From an uncultured Pseudomonadota bacterium (GTDB lineage Bacteria; Pseudomonadota; Alphaproteobacteria; Rs-D84), in NCBI GenBank assembly GCA_900321105.1, contig OOHL01000004.1, positions 10,995-74,994 of the forward strand: a stretch of 64,000 bases of DNA, in the 5' to 3' direction. A model generated the notes under the pieces. The model worked only from the letters and a program-made list of their open reading frames with translations, searched no databases and was not told the DNA's origin. The translations under genes and the position numbers were made by a program. The number at the start of each line of letters is the position of its first letter. Positions within the stretch are counted from its first letter, which is position 1. Shown piece by piece: positions 55,804 to 63,281 of this stretch.

Positions 55804-58254
55804 TTAATATCTTCTGTTACGTGCAGCCTCGTCATCCTTTATCTGTCGGCGTAAATTATTTATACCTGCAGTATAATGATTCAAACAATCGTCACAATTA
55901 GTATTGTCTACTGTATCACATAACTTTTTATCTTTTTCTTTTGCAACCTGTCTTGTATCAGACAACAAAGCATTCATTATTTTAATATCTTTCTCTATTT
56001 GCGATTTATCATCTTTATTATTGCATTTTTTACCTTCTTTTGTCCTGTCCCATAAAACACTATAATTTTCGCTAAAACATTCTACAGCACTTGCATCATC
56101 TTTACCGGCACAATTACGATATTGGGATGATTTTGAACTGCTGCTGCCAAGTAAACCAGATGAAGAAGACGAATCATCATCTTTTGCGCCGGCGGCTTGC
56201 AATTGCGCAGTCAACGTAGCCTTTTCAAGTTGGGTCTTTAAACGACGCAGCGTCGCAGATAAATATTCATATTGTTTATACATCTGTTGTGAAATAACCG
56301 TTGTCTTCAGCGCCAGCATTTCTTTGATTTCACCCAGTTTTGTATTCATATGCTCATTATATTCTTTAAGTCCTTGATCATACGCAACAACACCGATCTT
56401 CCAGCTTGCTTTACCATCATCTGATATTAATTGGCTACAAACTCTTCCGTTTGATTTATAACCTTCCTTACACCATTTCACTATTGTACAGTTACCTTGA
56501 CTATCCTTTTCTGCCCAAAGCACATTTGGATCTGTTTTTTGTAATTCGTCCGTGCAATCATTTGGGAATCTTTTCTTAATTTCATCCGATGCACCAGATT
56601 TTCCAACATTATATGGATGTATATCGCAAATCGCATAGGTTGGATTTATATACCCACAATCAGAATCTTCTTTTGTATAATCACGTTTTCCTGCTTCTAT
56701 CTTTTCAACACATAACGCGGAACCTTTTACAGGGACAACCTTGCTTAACATAGCCTTTTCCAAAATATCTTTGTTATCATCTGCATCGCAATAATCCAAC
56801 GGTTTTACACCAGAACGCAATTCCTTGCTTGGTTCTTTTTGGTGCAACCATGTATCCAGTTTATCAATATCAACCAACCCGGCACCGTTTTTATTCTTGG
56901 TTCTGCGTCTGAACAAAGCAGATGCATCCAGCGCACCCGATGCGCACGCAACAACTGTTGTGTTACCATTTGATGTGTCACCTTCCGCATCAATCCAACC
57001 TTCATAAACTTCGTTATCATTTGATAAAATTTTCAATAGCGTACAAGGACGACAATTTGTCCCGCTTTTTTTGTAACTACACTTATTTATACAAGAATTA
57101 TATGCACTAGTATTACCGTCAACGCACCCATCTTGATTACAACTGTTCTTTTCCCAACACATATCCACACATTCAGAATCAGGTTTAAAACCACCTGTAC
57201 ACACCTGTGGTATACCTTTATAACTGCTGTCTATATCGGTATATTCTATTTTACCGCCGCTGACACGAGGGCACATATATTGTCCCCAACGATTACATGA
57301 ATTATTTAACATCATATAAATATCAGACAAATTAACACCAACCAATATTGCCAATTCCAATGCATCATATGTTTTGTTAATTACTTCATCGTATGGGTCC
57401 AGGAATTCAGTTGCCAATTCACGCCATTTTTTCACACGTTTTGGACCGGTGCAATTGTTCCCGCGTGCATCACAACCCGCGTATTCAAATGCAGTATTCA
57501 TTACCGTTTTCAAAGTTTTCATTTGAACTTCTGCATTTTCAAGTTCGGTCATAACCTGGCCAGTAATTTTCTGACGTTCCAAAACATCAGTTGAAATACC
57601 ACGATTTATCGCATCTTGTTGATATGCGGATATGCCAGCCTCGTTTTCCTTGGCCGCATCAGTTGCCGCAGATTTTACACTTTCCAATGCCGCCGCATTT
57701 TGCGCGGCCTGTTGTGCCAATGCGTTTTGTAATTGTGCCGCAGATTCAGCCTGTTGCTGGGCCATTTGTTGTTGCATCTGCTGCATTTGATATTGCATTT
57801 CCTGCATTTGTTGTTGCGATTGTTGTGCCGCTGCGGCCGCCGCAGCCTGTTGTGCCGCCGCGTTTTGTTCATTTATTTTTGCCGTGGACGATGCAACCAA
57901 TTGCGCAGACATATATTGCACCAAATCATTGCCATATTGTTTACATGTATCATTAGATTGAACACATCCAGCCACAATCGCCGACGCAATCGACATATCC
58001 GAACATCCACCATTTGCACATTTTGGTTGTGCACAGCGCAAAACAACCGCATTACAGTTTCCAAAATCAACCTTGGCCGCAGTATTTGTATCATAACGAC
58101 CATTTGTCATTGATGCCCACTGATTATTATTCGCATTTGACGGATTAAAAGCGGTTAAATTAGACCCAGATGTTGTCGCAACAGTCCCCGCCGCATTTGC
58201 ACAAAGCGGCGCAAAACAAAGCATCATTGTTAAAATGCGCGATAAATTTTTCAT
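55804..58254 (-). CDS. Large cysteine-rich secreted protein, paralog B (816 aa from ATG 58254)
   Basis: It has a signal peptide (MMLCFAPLCANA-A). The Cys-rich body opens with CNAVVLRCAQPKCANGGC. A Gln/Ala-rich coiled-coil-like tract follows, then many Cys knots, including CKEGYKSNGRVC. I count 36 Cys. Confidence 0.8.
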   Translation of the reverse strand: MKNLSRILTMMLCFAPLCANAAGTVATTSGSNLTAFNPSNANNNQWASMTNGRYDTNTAAKVDFGNCNAVVLRCAQPKCANGGCSDMSIASAIVAGCVQSNDTCKQYGNDLVQYMSAQLVASSTAKINEQNAAAQQAAAAAAAQQSQQQMQEMQYQMQQMQQQMAQQQAESAAQLQNALAQQAAQNAAALESVKSAATDAAKENEAGISAYQQDAINRGISTDVLERQKITGQVMTELENAEVQMKTLKTVMNTAFEYAGCDARGNNCTGPKRVKKWRELATEFLDPYDEVINKTYDALELAILVGVNLSDIYMMLNNSCNRWGQYMCPRVSGGKIEYTDIDSSYKGIPQVCTGGFKPDSECVDMCWEKNSCNQDGCVDGNTSAYNSCINKCSYKKSGTNCRPCTLLKILSNDNEVYEGWIDAEGDTSNGNTTVVACASGALDASALFRRRTKNKNGAGLVDIDKLDTWLHQKEPSKELRSGVKPLDYCDADDNKDILEKAMLSKVVPVKGSALCVEKIEAGKRDYTKEDSDCGYINPTYAICDIHPYNVGKSGASDEIKKRFPNDCTDELQKTDPNVLWAEKDSQGNCTIVKWCKEGYKSNGRVCSQLISDDGKASWKIGVVAYDQGLKEYNEHMNTKLGEIKEMLALKTTVISQQMYKQYEYLSATLRRLKTQLEKATLTAQLQAAGAKDDDSSSSSGLLGSSSSKSSQYRNCAGKDDASAVECFSENYSVLWDRTKEGKKCNNKDDKSQIEKDIKIMNALLSDTRQVAKEKDKKLCDTVDNTNCDDCLNHYTAGINNLRRQIKDDEAARNRRY

Positions 58255-58319
58255 CTCTCTTATGCACAATTTTATCATAAAAAAAGATTGGTGTAAAGGG
58301 TGAAGATATATTTGTTTGC

Positions 58320-58347
58320 AAAAAAAACACCGCCCAAATGGGCGGTT
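58320..58347 (-). terminator. Rho-independent terminator after Cys-rich paralog C
   Basis: The minus strand reads CCGCCC-ATTT-GGGCGG-TGTTTTTTT. Confidence 0.75.
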
Positions 58348-58353
58348 GTTTTC

Positions 58354-60996
58354 TTATTCTTCTGTTTCTTCTGTTGTTGATAATTTTACGCATAAACCAT
58401 CAGATAATCCATAACCAGATTTACAGCTTACTATTTCACAAGCACCGTTATTAGCATAACCAGCTGCGGCATTCAACGAATCTAACATAGCAGAAGAACA
58501 TCTGTTTCTTACGCACTGATTATCAACCAGGCTGTAATCTGATTTACATTGTGTTATATCACAAGAACCGTTGTTAGCATAACCGGCTGTGGCGTTCAAT
58601 GAATTCAACAAAGAACTTGAACAATTGTTTCTTACACAACGATTATTTGCTAAACTGTAATCGGCAATACAACTTGTTATTATACAATCATTTCCTTGTA
58701 TATAACCGGTCGCTGCATTTAATGTAGTCAACAAATCATCACTGCAAGATGTTGTACCAGAACTTGTACCATTGCCAATAGTCCCTGTTCCAGAATCTGT
58801 ACTATTTGTATCCCCTTTCTTCCAGGTTCTTAAACAATATGTCGTTTCTGTATCCGTACTATTTTCTGCACAACCTAATGCACGTTCAAGACATTGTTCG
58901 CGCACCGCAGCAGATTTAACACTTAACTTGCCTACAGAATTCCAGTTGTCTAAACTATCGTCAGCTGTTTGACCTGTACCATACAAAATTTCACTAATTG
59001 TCACAACATTACGACAAGTGTTTTCAGAATAATCATTTGAATATATACAAGAATTACTGTCCGCTTTATCTACGACCGCCACCAATTGAGTTTGTAATGG
59101 TGAACAAATCATTGTTTCATAACAATGCGGAACCTGGGAAACCTGGCTGCAATATGCCTTGATACGTGCAGTTGTCCATTTGTCTTCGTCTTCATATTCA
59201 TCATAACAATCCCAGATTTCAGATATACATTCATTGAAATTATCAATTGCAGCCGTTGCATCAGCCAAAATTGTTGCTTCTTCTTCCTGTTTGAATTCAA
59301 GACGTTTTTGTTGCAATGCCTGTTCTGCCGCAATCTTTTGATAATTGATGTTTTGTGCAGTCTGCTTTAATGCAGTACCATATGTATCACACGCGGCATT
59401 TGCATCCAATAAATATTTTTGCATAATGGACCGACGGGCATCTGCAACCGGACCACGCAATGATGCATATGGGTCTGTCGATGTCGTTGTTGTTCCTAAG
59501 CGGCTTGTTGTGGTTGTGGTTGTGGTTGTAGTATAACCGAAACAAGATGCTGTTGATTTCACAGAAGAGCTTGAATTACGTTCATTCAATTTTACATCAC
59601 CTTGGTTATCGCCACTGGTCACAACCGAAATATAACTGTTATAATTAAACGGACATTCTGATGTTGCACCATTCCCACATCTTGAATGTGTCTTGCCTTC
59701 GGAATCCGTCACATTAACAGGTGTTCCACATGCTTCATAGATTCCATTAAAGCACGAATCAAGTACGCGTCCGCAAACATTGTTGTGTGCATATTCAAAC
59801 AATTTGTATCCCCATTTGTTTGCCAAAGAATCCAACGATGAAGTATCGCTATCCGACAAACTGGAAACACCGTTCATATTGTTAACAACATTTGCAATAT
59901 TTGTGTACTTTGTTATCAGATTACCATCATCTGTTTCATATTGTTTTGCCAAGTCTTTTGCATCAGCCCATGCCTTTAATTGCGCCAAAATATCAGATGA
60001 TGAACCATCAATATTTTTAATATCAAAACCAAAATCGTTATCCGAACAATAACTTGGCATACCAGATGTTTGTAATGCATTATCACTGAAAGATAAATGT
60101 TGTTCATACCATTGTGCATCTGTCATTTTTTTACCAATAACATTTTCTTTGTATGATACACAATTCATAACTTTTTCAGCATCAGTCAAAGAAAATGCAG
60201 ATGCCAAATCATTCCCCCTGCCCTTGGTTGCAATCAAAAGCGATAATTGACCGGACAATTTAATCAATTCTTCGTTTGCAGCCTCTAAAGCTTCTTCTGC
60301 ATCCAAGAAATTGGTTGCACGCCCAGCGCAAGAACAACGCCCTTTGGTATCGCTTCTTGCTGTACAGATTTCATCCATACATGTATAATAAGACGCCATA
60401 CAATTTGAATATGCATCCGCAGATATCAAACCAGTTGTTGAATCAATAATGTTTGAATACGAACCAGTATATAAACTGCTGGCCAGATAAGAATAAGATG
60501 TTGATGTAGACGCACGTGATCCCGCCATTATTGAACCGGTTGCACTGACACGTGATGGTGTTGCGCTTGTCGCGGTTCTTGCACGAACCGCACGGTTTGA
60601 ACGTGTCGCGCTTTGTCCACGTGATGTCACACCACGCGTTGTTGTCGTTTTTGCGACATTAACGTTACGATTTGTTGTTCCACGTTGCGAAACCGTTCTG
60701 GACGATGCATTACCGCGAGCAACTGTCGCACGGGATACAGCATTTGTAGGTCTTACAGTTGCACGCGAAACCGTCGAACGCGCAACCGTCGAACGCGCAA
60801 CACTTGCGTTATTATTTGCGGTTGCACGCGGACTGGCACGCCCTGTTCTCTGTGGCAAAGTATTTGCCGGCGCAATTGGGTCCGCAAACACCGAACGCAT
60901 TGATATAAATGTAGAACAAACAAAAAATGCCGCAGCAAGCAGGAACACCGTTCCCATCGCATTTTTGAACGAATTTGCATTTATACGAAAATTCAT
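58354..60996 (-). CDS. Large cysteine-rich secreted protein, paralog C (880 aa from ATG 60996)
   Basis: AGGAGA is the RBS, followed by a signal peptide (...SMRSVFA-D). A ~130-aa basic R/S/T/A/N repeat region follows. The Cys-rich body opens with CMASYYTCMDEIC...GRCSC. The protein also has a poly-Thr tract and three C-terminal 41-aa four-Cys repeats. I count 37 Cys. The track ORF's upstream extension to 61143 is probably not translated. Confidence 0.8.
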   Translation of the reverse strand: MNFRINANSFKNAMGTVFLLAAAFFVCSTFISMRSVFADPIAPANTLPQRTGRASPRATANNNASVARSTVARSTVSRATVRPTNAVSRATVARGNASSRTVSQRGTTNRNVNVAKTTTTRGVTSRGQSATRSNRAVRARTATSATPSRVSATGSIMAGSRASTSTSYSYLASSLYTGSYSNIIDSTTGLISADAYSNCMASYYTCMDEICTARSDTKGRCSCAGRATNFLDAEEALEAANEELIKLSGQLSLLIATKGRGNDLASAFSLTDAEKVMNCVSYKENVIGKKMTDAQWYEQHLSFSDNALQTSGMPSYCSDNDFGFDIKNIDGSSSDILAQLKAWADAKDLAKQYETDDGNLITKYTNIANVVNNMNGVSSLSDSDTSSLDSLANKWGYKLFEYAHNNVCGRVLDSCFNGIYEACGTPVNVTDSEGKTHSRCGNGATSECPFNYNSYISVVTSGDNQGDVKLNERNSSSSVKSTASCFGYTTTTTTTTTSRLGTTTTSTDPYASLRGPVADARRSIMQKYLLDANAACDTYGTALKQTAQNINYQKIAAEQALQQKRLEFKQEEEATILADATAAIDNFNECISEIWDCYDEYEDEDKWTTARIKAYCSQVSQVPHCYETMICSPLQTQLVAVVDKADSNSCIYSNDYSENTCRNVVTISEILYGTGQTADDSLDNWNSVGKLSVKSAAVREQCLERALGCAENSTDTETTYCLRTWKKGDTNSTDSGTGTIGNGTSSGTTSCSDDLLTTLNAATGYIQGNDCIITSCIADYSLANNRCVRNNCSSSLLNSLNATAGYANNGSCDITQCKSDYSLVDNQCVRNRCSSAMLDSLNAAAGYANNGACEIVSCKSGYGLSDGLCVKLSTTEETEE
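58381..58746 (-). repeat. Three tandem ~123-bp coding repeats (41-aa four-Cys modules) at the 3' end of paralog C
   Basis: The modules are CSDDLLTTLNAATGYIQGNDCIITSCIADYSLANNRCVRNN, CSSSLLNSLNATAGYANNGSCDITQCKSDYSLVDNQCVRNR and CSSAMLDSLNAAAGYANNGACEIVSCKSGYGLSDGLCVKL. Confidence 0.85.
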
Positions 60997-61196
60997 AATT
61001 TTCTCCTGTATATTCACAATACGCAAAAACACCCTGATTTCAGGCAATTTTGCGCAAAATCTTCCTTCACTTATTGAAATTATAACATTTTTAGTTAATT
61101 CTGTAAACAATAAAAATAAAGCATGCGGTATAAAATCCGCCATATTTTATTGGACATAAAAATGTAAAATACTATAATCGCAAAAAAGAGAAAAAA

Positions 61197-61751
61197 ATGA
61201 AAAAAATTTCAATCTTTTTATTATCACTGATATTAACTTTGCCAACATTTGCAAAAAACAATGTTATGTTTGGCGAAAAAATTAATTCAATCACACTTTA
61301 TGGCGCACAATCAACCGGTTCGGGCAGCCTGTTAAAACTAATTTATCCGGGCGTTTGGGATTTTCACCCACAAACATTCGCAATGTTTCAATACAGCCAG
61401 CCCGTGCAATTTTTTCGCCTGGATTCGCGTTTAAATTTTAATGTCGCACAAAATTTTGCTTATAATTCCAGCCAAGGTTTATCGTTCTTTGCAATGTCTA
61501 TATCGCTGGACAGTGCACTTTTGCAATACAAAGATTGGTATATGGGAATTGGTATTGGTCCGTATATGCGCGACAATATGGATTATTGGGTTGAAAGCCG
61601 TTTGGTATTTGGTGAAAAGGTTTTTGTTGGCAAAAGCATAAACGAAAATTGGAATATCGAATTGTTTACAATACATTTTTCAAATGGAAACTTTACAAAT
61701 AAAAACGAAGGCTTTAATTTCGTCGGATTCGGCGTTGGGTATAAATTCTAG
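61197..61751 (+). CDS. Outer-membrane beta-barrel, PagL-like lipid A deacylase / acyloxyacyl hydrolase family (tentative)
   Basis: It has a signal peptide and alternating beta-strand pattern. The HFSNG motif (TIHFSNGNF) resembles the PagL His/Ser site as I recall it. The C-terminus is GFGVGYKF. Confidence 0.55.
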   Translation: MKKISIFLLSLILTLPTFAKNNVMFGEKINSITLYGAQSTGSGSLLKLIYPGVWDFHPQTFAMFQYSQPVQFFRLDSRLNFNVAQNFAYNSSQGLSFFAMSISLDSALLQYKDWYMGIGIGPYMRDNMDYWVESRLVFGEKVFVGKSINENWNIELFTIHFSNGNFTNKNEGFNFVGFGVGYKF

Positions 61752-61990
61752 GCGTTTAAGAATACGTACCTGTAGCAATCAAAATAAAAATAATACATAA
61801 TGATATTGTTCAGAACACAGCAAGCCCAAAGATTTTACATCGACGGTGACTTGAGGTAACTGGACCCAGCAATACCCCACATAACTGTGGAACAGGGTGT
61901 TGCAAAAAACCGCCCTTGCTTCTACCTCAGTTTCGTAATTACGCGAAAAAGGGGACAAACGGGCGGTTTTATTTTTTAATTTTTTTAAAA

Positions 61991-62365
61991 TTAACAACCG
62001 TGATTACATGCTGGTTTTACACGTGTATATGTACCTGCTGGAACATATTGAACAACCGGTTTGTAAGTTTGAACTGTTTCGCGAACAAAATATTCACGTT
62101 TAACAACTTCTTGTTTTTCTTCGCAACCACAACCGCATGTGTTATATGCTTTGACTGGTTTTGGTGCAGGTTGTTTAACAGTGCGAACAACACCGTTATC
62201 GCATTCAACAATTGTTATAACAGCACGTTTATCAGCCGATGCACGATCCAGCGCAGCGCGCATTTCGCCTTCATCACAAGAAATAACATCTTCACGATAA
62301 ACATCTGCAACTGCAATTGTGGAAAACATTGACACAATCAAAGACAAAAGAACAAATTTTTTCAT
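61991..62365 (-). CDS. Small secreted cysteine-containing protein (124 aa)
   Basis: Signal peptide (SMFSTIAVA-D) and seven Cys, including CGCGC and a C-terminal CNHGC. Confidence 0.6.
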   Translation of the reverse strand: MKKFVLLSLIVSMFSTIAVADVYREDVISCDEGEMRAALDRASADKRAVITIVECDNGVVRTVKQPAPKPVKAYNTCGCGCEEKQEVVKREYFVRETVQTYKPVVQYVPAGTYTRVKPACNHGC

Positions 62366-62488
62366 TTTGGTATACCTTTATTTTGTTCTCTCTCAGCATT
62401 CATCATAGACTATATTTTCTTGTTTGCAAGATTTTTCGGTATTTATACCAATTGTTTTTGCTTGTTGCACAATAGTAAAATATTATTT

Positions 62489-62959
62489 ATGGAAAAACAT
62501 AATTACAAAAGCGCAATTATATTGGGCATGCATGACGCAATCGTATCTTTGACCGGATTGATTGCCGGACTTTTCTTTGCGTTCACAGATGCAAATATAA
62601 TCATTATAACATGTATTATTTCATCAATCACTGCGTCACTTTCCATGGGGGCGGCAAATTATTTGGCGGTAAAATCCAACGGTGACAAACAGGCAATCAT
62701 TGCGGCATTGTGGACATTTTTTGCATATATGATGACTTGTATTTTATTAATATCGCCCTTTTTTATATTTTCTGATTCTGACATTGCTCTGACATTTGTA
62801 TTTATAATGGCGATATTTATAATATTGTTATTCAATCTGATTTTTTATCATAAAAAATCGTTTTTTAAAAACTTTTTTGAAATGTTATCTGTTTGCACAA
62901 TTGTTTCAATTGCTGCATTTACAATTGGTGAAATTGCAAACAAAATTTTTGGAATATAA
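62489..62959 (+). CDS. VIT1/CCC1-family (iron/manganese) transporter-like membrane protein
   Basis: ILGMHDAIVSLTGLIAGL and SMGAANYLAVKS resemble the VIT family. Start placed at ATG 62489. Confidence 0.5.
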   Translation: MEKHNYKSAIILGMHDAIVSLTGLIAGLFFAFTDANIIIITCIISSITASLSMGAANYLAVKSNGDKQAIIAALWTFFAYMMTCILLISPFFIFSDSDIALTFVFIMAIFIILLFNLIFYHKKSFFKNFFEMLSVCTIVSIAAFTIGEIANKIFGI

Positions 62960-62988
62960 AAACACCGCCATATCGGCGGTTTTGTTTT
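62958..62988. terminator. Rho-independent terminator
   Basis: ACCGCC-ATATC-GGCGGT-TTTGTTTT. Confidence 0.65.
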
Positions 62989-63274
62989 ATCTTGTCTGCA
63001 CAGCTTTTTCTATCATTGCTGTAATTTCTGGAAATTTACTTTTATCAAAAACAAAGCATTCTTTTACCTGTTTTATACGTGGTCCTTTTTTAGAATCAAA
63101 TACCACAGGTATTTTTAATTCTTTCATAATTTTACAAAGATTTTCTCTTTTACCTGTTTGTGGAAAAATCGCAATATTCCATATTATGCCCCCATTTTCA
63201 AAAACAGGAAAAAAGCCATAATCTTCTATAATTTTACAAAGACTTACTTTTAAATCACTATCACTCATGACCAA
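62987..63274 (-). CDS. Hypothetical protein (95 aa)
   Basis: ORF lying 8 nt downstream of the preceding gene. No family recognised. Confidence 0.4.
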   Translation of the reverse strand: MVMSDSDLKVSLCKIIEDYGFFPVFENGGIIWNIAIFPQTGKRENLCKIMKELKIPVVFDSKKGPRIKQVKECFVFDKSKFPEITAMIEKAVQTR

Positions 63275-63281
63275 CCTTTTA

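Noticed and set aside
60997-61143. Upstream extension of Cys-rich paralog C to 61143
   Set aside because: The internal ATG at 60996 has a strong AGGAGA RBS and is followed immediately by a signal peptide. The extension has neither.
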